Source: Rhizaria sp. SCN 62-66
Taxonomy: Eukaryota
Direction: 5' to 3'
Length of the DNA: 64,000 nucleotides
Assembly: GCA_001724265.1 (NCBI GenBank)
Contig: MEDY01000059.1
Span: forward strand, 1 to 64,000
Of the stretch, positions 10,249 to 20,684 are shown one piece after another. The notes beneath the pieces are model-generated. The model was given only the letters and a program-made list of their open reading frames with translations. It was not told where the DNA came from and ran no database searches. The position numbers and the translations under genes are program-made. Each line of letters begins with the position of its first letter. Position 1 is the first letter of the stretch.

Positions 10249-12117
10249 ATGAGGCTCGCCGCTCACCTTGTGGGCGCAGTCGCTTTGGCGGTTGCCGCGT
10301 TCGCACCCGGCGCACTTGCTCTGCAGGTCGGCGGCGCGTCGCTCGCGGCGCAGCGAGGCGCGGGGGCCCACTCCCTGCAGCCCTCGTCTTCGTCGCCGTC
10401 TCTGCTTGAGCTGTCGCAGGAGCAGAGCGCGGACCTCTCTGCCGAGCAGTCTGTGTCGCACAGCACGCTTTCGGTTGAGTTATTGCACGACGAGCTCTCG
10501 CCGTCCCGCGCGGGCGCCTTCGTGGCGTCCCTCCGCGACGCGCAGCGCCTGCCCCGCGGCGGCCACAGCAGCCTGCTCGAGGTCGACGACGCCAACAACA
10601 CCACCGCCCCCGCGGGCGCCGCCCCCGCCGGCGTCCCAGTCTTTGGCTACGGCATTCCGCTGCACCAGGAGGTGCTGCGCAACCGGCACATCGCGTCCTA
10701 CTACGGTCTTGTGACCGTGGGCGGCCACGAGTTCCGCGTCATGTTCGACACGGGCTCCTGCGAGTTCTGGATCCCGTCGACGCAGTGCACGTCCCAGCGC
10801 TGCATGCGCCACCGCCGCTATCCGGTCGAGACGCTGCCGCGCTTTAAGGCCGCCGCCGACTCGGACGCCGTTGTCGCCACGGGCGCGCGGTTCGCGCAGG
10901 CGCAGCTCAACATCTCGTACATCTCCGGCCGCGTTACGGGCCCGATGGTGCATGACCGCGTGGCCGTGGGCCCGATCGTGATCCCGGACCAGATGGTCGG
11001 CGTGGCGCGCACCGTGGACGTGAACCTGCTCGACGACGTCGTGTGGGACGGCATCATGGGCCTCGCGTTCCCGCACCGCTCCGTGCTCGCGCGCGGCGTC
11101 ATCCCCGTGTTCGAAAACATCATGAACAAGAACGTGCTCACCGAGCGCGGGCTGCGCAACCAGTTTGCGTACCACGTCGGCGGCAAGGGCGGCTCCTTCA
11201 CGCTTGGCGGTGCCGACTGCTCCGCCGTGCGCGCCGCGCCGGGCCCCGAGTGCTTCAATAAGTTCGCCTTCGCACCTGTGTCGCGGCCCGAGTACTGGAC
11301 CGTGGACCTGGAGGACGTCTGGGCCACAATGCCCGACGGCACCGTCAAGAAGGACCTCTGCGGCGGCTCGGGCCGCCCCGGGCGCCCCGCCGCCTGCCGC
11401 GCCATCGTCGACACGGGCACCTACCTCGTCTACGGGCCCAGCAACACGGTGCGCCAGGTGCTGCCCGCCGTCTTCGCGCGCTGCCACGACCAGGGGCTGC
11501 TGCCTAAGCTCACCTTCCGCGTCAAGACGGGCCCGCGCAGCGCGCCGCTGGAGCTGACGATCGCGCCCGAGGACTACGTGCTCAAGTTCAACGTCGACGA
11601 CGCCGCAGCCGCTAAGGCCGCGCCGCCCGCGCCCGGCGCACCGCTGCCGACCAAGGAGGAGTGCGTGCTGGGCGTGGCGCCGGACCGCGACGCGACGTGG
11701 ACGCTGGGCCAGGTCTTCCTGCGCTCGTACTACGCGCTGTTTGACCGCGAGCACCAGCGCATTGGCTTCGCGCGGCTCCCTGGCACCGAGTTCAAGCCCA
11801 TCGCGCTGACCGAGGTCGCCACCGAGGTCGCCGCCAAGGCGCAGATCACCACCGCCGTCGAGACCGAGGCCGAGACCGAGGTTGACGCTGAGGCTGAGAC
11901 CGAGGTTGACGCTGAGGCTGAGGCTGAGGCTGAGGCTGAGACTGAGGTTGATGCTGAGGCTGAGGAGGAGCAGGAGCAGGAGGAGGAGGGCGAGGCTTAC
12001 ACCGAGGCCGAGGCCGAGACTGAGACTGAGCATGAGACGGAGGCCGAGAACGAGTCGGAGGTGGATGCGGAGGCTGAGGCTGAGACCGAGGTTGAGTCTG
12101 AGACGTCGGAGGAGTAA
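10249..12117 (+). CDS. Secreted pepsin-family (A1) aspartic protease with an acidic C-terminal tail
   Basis: Signal peptide followed by YYGLVTVG, catalytic FDTGSCEFW and IVDTGTYL, DGIMGLAFP, and WTLGQVFLRSYYALFD...IGFA. Ends TAA. Confidence 0.94.
   Translation: MRLAAHLVGAVALAVAAFAPGALALQVGGASLAAQRGAGAHSLQPSSSSPSLLELSQEQSADLSAEQSVSHSTLSVELLHDELSPSRAGAFVASLRDAQRLPRGGHSSLLEVDDANNTTAPAGAAPAGVPVFGYGIPLHQEVLRNRHIASYYGLVTVGGHEFRVMFDTGSCEFWIPSTQCTSQRCMRHRRYPVETLPRFKAAADSDAVVATGARFAQAQLNISYISGRVTGPMVHDRVAVGPIVIPDQMVGVARTVDVNLLDDVVWDGIMGLAFPHRSVLARGVIPVFENIMNKNVLTERGLRNQFAYHVGGKGGSFTLGGADCSAVRAAPGPECFNKFAFAPVSRPEYWTVDLEDVWATMPDGTVKKDLCGGSGRPGRPAACRAIVDTGTYLVYGPSNTVRQVLPAVFARCHDQGLLPKLTFRVKTGPRSAPLELTIAPEDYVLKFNVDDAAAAKAAPPAPGAPLPTKEECVLGVAPDRDATWTLGQVFLRSYYALFDREHQRIGFARLPGTEFKPIALTEVATEVAAKAQITTAVETEAETEVDAEAETEVDAEAEAEAEAETEVDAEAEEEQEQEEEGEAYTEAEAETETEHETEAENESEVDAEAEAETEVESETSEE
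11860..12114 (+). repeat. Coding low-complexity repeat (ETEAE/TEVDAEAE units)
   Basis: Repeated gaggctgag and accgaggttgacgctgaggct units. Confidence 0.85.
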
Positions 12118-12408
12118 GTGAATAACAACTAAACGCTATGTAGAACATAATACAACTAAATCCATTCATATATCACTCTAAAAACCCTTTATAAACGCAA
12201 GCTTAACAAGAAAGATGTGACGAATTAAGTCGACGAAGAAAAGTATGTGTAAGGCGATATAGTCAAATTCAAGAGGAATTATTTTGATATTATAACAAAA
12301 ACGTATATTAACTTTTGGAACTTATATTATTTTTCTATTTGACGATCAATCTCTTGCAGGCCAAGTCGATTTAATCACTCCCGCACTGCTGCGGACCGAC
12401 GACTCAGA

Positions 12409-15400
12409 ATGTTGCGCATTGAGCTCCAGCATGAGGCTGCGCCCGTGTCTGCGCAACACTTCTTCTCCACAGATGACGTGGCGACATCGTCATACAGTCC
12501 ATTCCTTAGCCTGTCTCTGCCAGAAAGCGCACTGAAGGCGCTGAGCGCGGTGACCAAGGGCGCCTACCGCAAGGGCATGCCCGTCTGCTTCTGGCCCGTC
12601 GGCGCGACCTCTGTGTGGAGCGCGCTCAACGTCAGCCCCCCCGCCATCGCTTCCAGCACCGACATTCCGGCGCCTGACGCACTTCATAGGCTGGCCACGC
12701 TTGCGGACGGCTGTCTATTGCCCCCCGTGCTCGTCGCCGTGACGGACCTCCTCGAGAGCCCTGCGCCCGCCTCCGCTGGCTCCAAGGCCAAGCCGTCCGC
12801 TGCCGCGCCCGCAGCCGACTCTAGCGCTGCGCCCGCGCACGTGGCGGTGCTGTCGCGCGCGAACTCGCACTTCCGCGTCCCCGCGGGCGCGTACGTGCTG
12901 GCGCTGGCGCTCCCGCACACGCTGTCGCGATTCGCCTCGCTCACTGTCGCGCCCTCGCATCTCGCCGGCAGCGCGGGCCGCGTCCTCCGCACCGCGCCCC
13001 TGCCCCCGGCTTCGTGGCGCAGCACCGCGGCAGCACACGGCGCTGAGACGTCTGCATTGGCGACCGCAGGCTCGGCGGCGATCGACGTGACCGCGTCGTC
13101 ATCCTCGTCCTCGCAGCCGTGCTCCTTGTCGTACCTCTCCGCGGCGTTCCCTGCGCTGCTGTCGGCCGCGCCGCCGGTGCTGCCCGTGCGGCTGCTGGCG
13201 CTGCTGGCGCGCGCGCCCTTTGCGGCGCACACGCTGCTCAAGGCGCGGCCCGCGCTGCTGTGCGGGCTTCCGGGCGGCGGCGGCGGCGCGGGCGCGGGCG
13301 GCGCTCCCGCCGGCGCGTCGGGCGCCGACTGCGCGCTGCAGACGCTCGCGCTCGAGGCCGCGCCCGCCGCCGCGCGCGCGGTCGGCGCTACCGCGCCCGG
13401 GCTTGCGCTGGCGGCGTCGGCAGGCGCGGCTGACCTGACCGGCGCTGCTGGCGCGGCGGCGGGNGCGGGCGCGCGCTCGGCGGTGTCCGGCGCCGTCGTC
13501 GTGTCCATCTTCGCCAGCGCGCTTCCCAACGCTTTTTGCAGCAACGCGTCCGCGAGCAGTCTCATTGACGCCAGCGCCCAGCTCTCGTTCGAGGCTGCCG
13601 CGACCGCGTTATCGCCGGCCGAGGTCGCCGCGCGGCTACGGACCGCGGGGCTGCTCTCAGCGTGGGGCTACCTGGCCCCTGACGCCGTCGTCGTCGCCGC
13701 GCACGCCGCCGCGCGCAACAACGCGAGCGCGACGGCGAACAACGCCGCCGCCGTCGCCGCCACTGCTGCTGCAGCTGAGGCGTCGCTGCCCGCGCGCGTG
13801 GCGACCGTGGCCGCGGACGACGCGCTGCTGCTGCTGGCCGCGCACTGGCAGCGCGCGCAGGCCGCCGCGCTCGCGCCCCCGCAGCCGTTTGCCGTCGCCG
13901 GTGACGCCATGGGCGAGTGCGCGCGGTCGCCTGTGGTTGGCTGGGCGCGCGCTGCGGCGCCCGTGCTGCACTGCCACGACCCCGCGGCCGCGGCGGCGCT
14001 GGCGGCGCTCATGTTCGGCCACTTCGCCCCCTCCGGCGCGAGCGTGACCGACGCCAGCAGCGGCGGCAGCAGCGGCGGCGCTGCGGTGGCGGGCGTGCTG
14101 CTGTCGGGCCCGCCCGGGAGCGGCAAGTCCGCGCTGCTGCGCGCGCTGGCGGCGGCGTGCGGCGCCGCGGTGGCCGTGGTGACCTACGCGTCCCTGCGCG
14201 CGCGCGCGCTCATGACTACGCCTGCGCTCGCCGGCGCGCCGCCGCCGCTGGGCACCGCCGCTGCGGCTGCGCCCGGGGCTGCTGCGGCTGCGGCGGCCGC
14301 TGCGACGGCGGCCACGTCCCTGGCGCTCGCCACCGCCGCGCAGACGCTCTTCGCCGAGGCCCTCGCGCGCGCACACCTCGCCACACCCGTCGCTAACCCC
14401 GCTGCCGGGACGGTAGCGACGACGCCTGCGCCTGCGCCGCTGCCGCGCGTGGTGATCGTGTTCGAGGACGCGCACGAGTTTCTGCCCGCGGCGACCGTGG
14501 CGTCGCCCGACGTGGCGCAGGTCACCGCCGCGCTCGCCGCCGCGGCCGCGGCCGTGGGCGCTGCCGCGGGCGCGGGGGGCGGCTCGCGCGTGCTTCTAGC
14601 CGCGACTACGGACGCCGTGGGGCGCGTGTCCGGCAGCGCGCGCAGCATGCTGTTCCCCACCGACGTTGCGCTCCCGCCGCCCACGCAGCGTGGCCGCGGC
14701 AGGGTGCTCGCCGCGCTCCTCGCCGCGCTCGCCAACAACGCAGATGTCGCTGCTGTCGACGATGGCAGCGTTGCTGCTGTTGGCGGGCTTAGTGTGGAGG
14801 TGGCGAGCGCTGTGGCGCTAGAGCTGCATCCGACCGACCCTGCGCGGACCAGCATCGAGCGCGCACTCCAACATCAGCAACAGCAGAAACGACAGCTGCA
14901 ACATACGCACGGCGACGGTTTGTTCGCGTCGGCGTTGGAACAGCTGCGCGGCGTGACTCTGGGCGACGTCGCCGCGGTCGCGCACACCGCGCAGCGTCTG
15001 TCCATTGCGCGCGCTCTCGCCTCTAGCAGCAGCAACAGCGCGGGCAGTGACGCGCAGACCGACGCGGTCGTCACTGCTGCAGACGTGTTGGCGGCGGCCG
15101 CGCACGTGGGCACGCTGGCGCGGTCCTTCTCGCCCCTGGCGGAGCCGCTGGATCCGCTGCGCGCGCTGGGCTTCGCGCCGCTGGCCGGGTTGGCGGGCCC
15201 GAAGCAGGCGCTGCGCGAGGCGCTGCGGTGGCCGCTCGACCACGCGCCGCTCTTTGCGCGCCTGGGGCTGGCCACGGCCGCCGCCTCGGGGCTGCTGCTG
15301 CACGGGCCCTCGGGCTGCGGCAAGACGGCGCTCGCGCGCGCCGCCGCGGCCGAGTTCTCGCTCACCATGGTGCCGCTCTCGGCCGCGGCGCTGCTGCGTG

Positions 15401-16170
15401 CTGGCGTGGGCGACTCGGAGCGCTACCTGCGGCAGGTCTTCCGCGCCGCCGCCGCGAGCGCGCCCGCGGTGATCGTGTTCGACGAGATCCACTCGGTGTT
15501 CCCCGCGCCCGCCGACGGCAGCGATGGTGGCAACGACGATGAGGAGGGCGAGGGCGGCTCCACGCTGCTCAGCGAGATGCTGCAGCTGCTCGACGCGCGC
15601 GCCGCCTCGTCCGCCGCCGCCGTCTCGGCCGCCGCGTTGCAGGGCCCCGAGGCCGAGGCCGAGGCGGTGGCGGCGGCGCGCGCGTCGTTCGTGGCTCTGG
15701 TGGCGACGTCGCCCGCGCCGGCGCTGGTGCACCCGGCGCTGCTGCGCGCGGGCCGGCTGGAGCGCGTGGTGCACGTGGGCCGCCCTACCGCGGCCGACTG
15801 CGCCGCGCTTGTGCTGGCGGCCGCGCGGCCGCTGCTCGAGGCTGGCGCGGGCGGCTGGGACGCCGCCGCAGTGGCGCGCGTCGCCGTGGCGGCCGCCGAG
15901 GCCGGGCTGTCCGCTGTGGCGGTCAGGGAGGCGTGGGTCCGCGCGGAGGCCAAGGCAGAGGAGCGCGACGCGCTGCGCAGCTGGGGCGCTACTGCTACTG
16001 ACGCTGATTGCACCGCCCAGTCGCCTGAGAGTGACGCTGGTGTGGCAATGACGGCTATCCCTGCGAGCACGAGTGCAAGCAGTGGCACCTGGCGCGGCGG
16101 GCCGGTGCCGCTGGAGCGTGACGTCGTGCGCGCCATGAAGAAGCTCCGCCGCAACAGGCTTGAGCCTTGA
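12409..16170 (+). CDS. Type II (double) AAA+ ATPase of the CDC48/AFG2/SPATA5/PEX1-like group, Ala-expanded
   Basis: D1 Walker A GPPGSGKS with degenerate Walker B VIVFEDAH. D2 LLLHGPSGCGKT, VGDSERYLRQVF, VIVFDEIH and SRH PALLRAGRLE. One ambiguous base at 13464. Ends TGA. Confidence 0.88.
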   Translation: MLRIELQHEAAPVSAQHFFSTDDVATSSYSPFLSLSLPESALKALSAVTKGAYRKGMPVCFWPVGATSVWSALNVSPPAIASSTDIPAPDALHRLATLADGCLLPPVLVAVTDLLESPAPASAGSKAKPSAAAPAADSSAAPAHVAVLSRANSHFRVPAGAYVLALALPHTLSRFASLTVAPSHLAGSAGRVLRTAPLPPASWRSTAAAHGAETSALATAGSAAIDVTASSSSSSQPCSLSYLSAAFPALLSAAPPVLPVRLLALLARAPFAAHTLLKARPALLCGLPGGGGGAGAGGAPAGASGADCALQTLALEAAPAAARAVGATAPGLALAASAGAADLTGAAGAAAXAGARSAVSGAVVVSIFASALPNAFCSNASASSLIDASAQLSFEAAATALSPAEVAARLRTAGLLSAWGYLAPDAVVVAAHAAARNNASATANNAAAVAATAAAAEASLPARVATVAADDALLLLAAHWQRAQAAALAPPQPFAVAGDAMGECARSPVVGWARAAAPVLHCHDPAAAAALAALMFGHFAPSGASVTDASSGGSSGGAAVAGVLLSGPPGSGKSALLRALAAACGAAVAVVTYASLRARALMTTPALAGAPPPLGTAAAAAPGAAAAAAAAATAATSLALATAAQTLFAEALARAHLATPVANPAAGTVATTPAPAPLPRVVIVFEDAHEFLPAATVASPDVAQVTAALAAAAAAVGAAAGAGGGSRVLLAATTDAVGRVSGSARSMLFPTDVALPPPTQRGRGRVLAALLAALANNADVAAVDDGSVAAVGGLSVEVASAVALELHPTDPARTSIERALQHQQQQKRQLQHTHGDGLFASALEQLRGVTLGDVAAVAHTAQRLSIARALASSSSNSAGSDAQTDAVVTAADVLAAAAHVGTLARSFSPLAEPLDPLRALGFAPLAGLAGPKQALREALRWPLDHAPLFARLGLATAAASGLLLHGPSGCGKTALARAAAAEFSLTMVPLSAAALLRAGVGDSERYLRQVFRAAAASAPAVIVFDEIHSVFPAPADGSDGGNDDEEGEGGSTLLSEMLQLLDARAASSAAAVSAAALQGPEAEAEAVAAARASFVALVATSPAPALVHPALLRAGRLERVVHVGRPTAADCAALVLAAARPLLEAGAGGWDAAAVARVAVAAAEAGLSAVAVREAWVRAEAKAEERDALRSWGATATDADCTAQSPESDAGVAMTAIPASTSASSGTWRGGPVPLERDVVRAMKKLRRNRLEP

Positions 16171-16812
16171 GCATAGAGAGAAAAGCCAACGCTGCCACTT
16201 CGGTTAAAGAAAATCACGAAGCGTTATACGGAATGTTACATAGTCTATAATAAACGCATTGTTATATTAAACGTACAGGCTTGCATAATTGTAATTAATA
16301 CGGTTGTTCGTAAAAATAAAGGACATTGTATTTTGTCTTTTGCTTTTGTTTTGTTTGATGTTTTTGTAAATCAAGGATTTAACATCACTGGCCATATCGC
16401 GGCCTACACAACTTTTAAACAAACTACCAGTGATGACGACATTTGCACAACTGAGTTTTATCTCATTGTGTCACAGTCGCTGTCATGAGCAAGGGCCGGA
16501 GAAATGATCTACTCATTCCCACACAAGTCTCTTATCTCTTTCTGGTACATATACACATGTACACGCGCGCATATCAGCGCTTGTACTTCAATGTTGACTA
16601 CATTCGTCAATAAACACGATAGTGCTTGATACATCTACACAAAACTAATGAAACTATTAATGCTATTATGTGCAACCAGTTGCTAAAACGTGTCCGCTTT
16701 TGATGTTTTCTTGCTTTCTCTTCAACCGACAACCAAGTCTCGACGACCGGCATGAGTAAGATTTGTCACGACTCGTTCGCGTGTTCGCGTGACCTTGAGT
16801 CAGTCAGCACGT

Positions 16813-19800
16813 TCACTCACGAGCGCGCGCGCGCGTGCGCACACCCTGATAGTCCGCAGCCTGAGTCGATTGCTGCTGCTGCTGTGCCTGGACGGGCGCG
16901 GGAGCGGCAGCGGCAGGAGCCGGAGCCGCGGCGGGCGCGGCGTCGGCGTTGGAGCCGGCGGCGGGCGGCGCGGTCATGATCTGGCGCGCGTACTTCATGC
17001 GCTTGTGCAGGTCGGGGCGCGGGACGGCGAAGACGTCGGCGAAGGCGTAGGCCTTGCGCTCCTTAAGCTTGTCGGTGTAGGCGACGACGCATGTGTCGGT
17101 GGAGAGCACGAGCTCGGTCTCGTCGAAGAAGATGAACTGCGACACGCGCGACGACAGGCGGAAGACCATGGCGTGCTCAGTGCGGCACCACGAGCGCACG
17201 TGCGGCATCACGACGGCAGCGTCGAACGGCGAGCAGTAGTCGAGGTAGTCGGGCGCGCCGGGCTGAGGCGCCGAGGACTTGTTCTGCTGGACGAGGTACT
17301 TCATAAAGTGGTGCAGCAGCGTGACCTTCTTCTGCAGGTCCGCGGGGTAGTCGTTGAGGCGGAAGTTCTGCACGTCGAAGCCCGACTGGCCGGGCGCGGC
17401 TTTCTTGGTGATGTACTGCACGTCAGCGCCGTTGGGGTGCAGCACGATCTTGGTGTAGTCGTTGAAGTGGACGCCGCAGGAGCCGTCGCTGAGGAGGTAG
17501 CCCAGCCCGTACTTGTTCGAGTAGTCGACCCAGAGGTTAACCCACAGTGACGGCGCCACAGGCTCCGCGCCCGGCGCGCACACGCCGGACGCCACCACCG
17601 CGGGCGCGGGCTCGGCGCCGGCCTCGGAGACCGCTGCGGGCGACGCCGCCGCGGTCACGAAACCGCTCGAACCCGAGCCCGAGGCGGCGCCAGAGCCAGC
17701 GCCGGAGTGGGCCGCCGAGAGGGCGCCCGAGCTAGCCACGGAGCCGGCGGCCGAGTGCGCGGGGGAGCCCAGCGCGGAGCTGGCGTAGCCGCTGCCGCTG
17801 CTGTTGGAGCCTGCGGGCGAGCCCAGCAGCGCAGCGTTGTTCACGTTGGCACTGTTCGCGGCGTTGCCGTTGCCGTTGACGGTGAGCGCGGACATGGCCT
17901 GCGTCATGGCCTCGATGGGGCACGCGCCGGGTTGGGGGCCCGCCGCGGTCGAGAACGCCTTGGCTGCGGTTGCGCCGTTGGCGTGGAGGTCAGCGGAGGG
18001 GTAAACCATCTTGCCGCCGGCGGGCGCGGGCGCGGCTGCGGGCACGTTGGTCACGCTCGCGGGCACGGCCGCGAACGGCTGCGGGCGCGCCGCGGGCGCA
18101 GCAGCGGCGGCGGCGGCGGCAGCGGACGCGGCAGCCGAGGCGGAGGACTTCGGCGCTGCGGACTGGGGGCGCAGCAGCGCAGCGGGCGCGGCGTTCTCCT
18201 TGCTGTACGACTGCGGCTGCGGCTGCGGCTGGCTGTAGGCGTTGGCGGTGGGCACGGCGAGCAGGTGCGGGTTGCTGTTGGCCGCAGCCGGAGCAGGAGT
18301 AGCAGCAGCGGCGGCGGCGGCGCCGGTGTCGATGGCGGGCGCGGGCGACGAGGCCTCGCCGAGCGGCTCCACGACGGCGGGCTCAAACGGGAGGACCTCG
18401 GCGGCGACGGCGCTGACGGCGTCGCGCGTCATCACGAAGTGGCGCGGGAAGCCCTGCGTGCGCGCGAACTCGTACAGCGCGCCGCCCGGGTGCAGGCGGT
18501 GCGCGTACGCCAGCGGCGCGTCGGCCGTGGCCGCGGGCAGGCACGCCGGGAAGGGCGACTGTGTGAAAAAGGGGTGCATGCGCAGGTCCGTCAGCGAGGG
18601 CCGCTTGGCGGGGTCCGGGTGTAGGATAGAGCTGATGAAGTCCTTGGCGGCCGGCGTCACGTACACCGAGTCGGGGAACGTGTAGACGTTGTTGCGGATG
18701 CGCTCGTAGGTGGTCTTGACCGAAGCCGTCTCAAACGGCGGGCGGCCGAAGAGCAGCGTGAAGGCGATGACACCGATAGCCCAGGTGTCGACCTCGAACG
18801 AGTGGCCCGCGTTGCGGTCCGCGATCACCTCCGGCGCGATGTAGTTGGGCGTGCCGCAGATGGTCTTCTTGCGCTCCTCGGGGTGGTCCACACGCGTCGC
18901 CAGCCCGAAGTCGCCGACCTTGATTTCCATGTTCTGCGACAGGAAGAGGTTGCCCAGCTTGAGGTCGCGGTGGATGATGCTGCTCTGGTGCAGCGAGTGC
19001 ACCACGTTCACCAGCTGGAACAGGTAGCACTGCGCCTCCGTCTCCGTCAGGTTCTTGCGCCGCTTCACCAGCTCCATCAGCGTCTGCTGCGTGCACAGCT
19101 CGAGCAGGATCACGATGTTCTCGGGGTCCTCGAAGTAGCGCTCAAAGCGCACCACGTTGGGGTGCTTCACTGAGCGGTGGATGCGGATCTCGTTCTGCAG
19201 CTTCTTGCGCGCCGAGTTCGACTGCAGCGACGCCTTCGGGATCACCTTGCCCGCGTACACGCGGCCCGTATCGAACGAAGTCAAGTGGTAGCACCGCGCG
19301 AAACCACCCTGTGCGCGGTGCGAGTCGTTAGTGGTTCGGAAGACAAGTAAAGAATGGAGGAGATGAGAAATTGATGTGATGTTAAGATCGATTAAAGTTA
19401 AATTTGAATATGGTGAACCTGAAGCGCGTTTAAACGGATTCAACAAACTTGAGTCCAGTAACACTCGAATATCTAGTTGTGGGAAGTGTTATAAAAGAGA
19501 AGATTGACGTACGCGGCCGATGCACTTGCCGGTCTTGTAGCGCTTGATGCCGCAGCCAACGCGGAGGAGCGATTTGTCCTCAATCACGTCGGGCACGTTC
19601 ACCTGTGGGCGCTGCGAGGACGCCTGCGCCGCGGCGCCGTTGGCGCCGGCGGGCGCAACGCCGTTGGCGGGAGCGGGCGCCACGGGCGCAGGCGCGGGGG
19701 CGTGCTGGTGGTGGTGCTGCTGGACGTTGGCGGTCGAAGTGGGGTAGAGGTGTGACGCCACGCGCTGCTGCTGTTGCTGCTGCTGGTAGAGCTGCTGCTG

Positions 19801-20019
19801 CTGTTGCTGCTGCTGCGCGATAGCCTGCGCCTGGGCCTGCGCGGCGGCGGCGGAGGACGCGGCGTACGGGTTGCTGTTGTAGTTAGCGTAAGGGTTCTGC
19901 TGAAGGTGGTGCGCGGGCGCGGCGGAAGGTGCGGCAGCGGTGGGCACACCGTAAGGGTAACCCACAACCTGGGGCTGCACGGGCTTGGCGCCGTAGCCGT
20001 AGGAGACGCCGTGCGACAT
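16813..20019 (-). CDS. PLK: Polo-like kinase; exons 19513-20019 and 16813-19308
   Basis: The glycine loop CIGR|GGFARC is restored by removing the GTACGT...CAG intron (19309-19512). Also YAGK, HRDLKLGN, DFG, ICGTPNYIAPE and the polo box WVNLWVDYSNKYGLGY. Ends TGA. Confidence 0.97.
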
Positions 20020-20244
20020 TGGAATCGGGCAGCGGGTGACGCGGGGACGCAACGACAAGACTGCTCCTCGACGGAAGGGTGTAGTTGGGACAGGAAACGG
20101 ACAAAAACAAGCAAAGGGCTCGGAAACCGGAGTGGTTGCAGAGGGTCTAGTGTGCGCGCAGTATGAAAATAAGAGGGCAGAGTGAGATGAGATCATTCAG
20201 ACAGGAAACAGCGTCGGGGAAGAAGGAGTCTAGGGGCAAGACTG

Positions 20245-20617
20245 TCCAACGGTATCAGCGATTTTTCACGTTTGCTTTCCCAGAAATTTCGGCATCCAAG
20301 CGCAGAATAGTCCGAGTATGCTTTAGTTCATGCAGCTTTATCTCTATGTTTGAAACCAAAATAAATTTATGATGACAAAACAACCTCCAACAGTGCGCTC
20401 CAAGATTGCCCTCCCCGGTTTTGAACCCTGCCAACCCTCCAACGGCTATTTTTCGCCCACGGTCCTTCTTGCTGGAGACTGGTGAGAACGAGTCAAAGTA
20501 AGTAAGCCGCACTGGGCTGATCTTCAAGTCAAATTGCACTTAATAATCATCGTCAATTGCGTTAACGTCTATGTATGTATATTAAGCATTTTTATACCTT
20601 TATTATCCGAATTCAAA
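20245..20617. promoter_or_regulatory. Putative bidirectional G2/M promoter with MSA/Myb-like and CHR-like motifs
   Basis: TCCAACGGTA at 20245-20254 and TCCAACGGCT at 20438-20447. TTTGAA at 20349-20354 and 20420-20425, and on the minus strand at 20612-20617. Lies between the divergent PLK and WAPL-like genes. Confidence 0.45.
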
Positions 20618-20684
20618 CCTCCTTCACCACCTGCCTGGCAGTGTAGGTCGCTTGTTTTGTTCGCGCCATTTCCGAGTGGGCCTG

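Noticed and set aside
13464-13464. Ambiguous base 'n' in the AAA gene as a frameshift or gap
   Set aside because: The reading frame and composition continue on both sides. It is treated as a single uncalled base, although a collapsed gap cannot be excluded.
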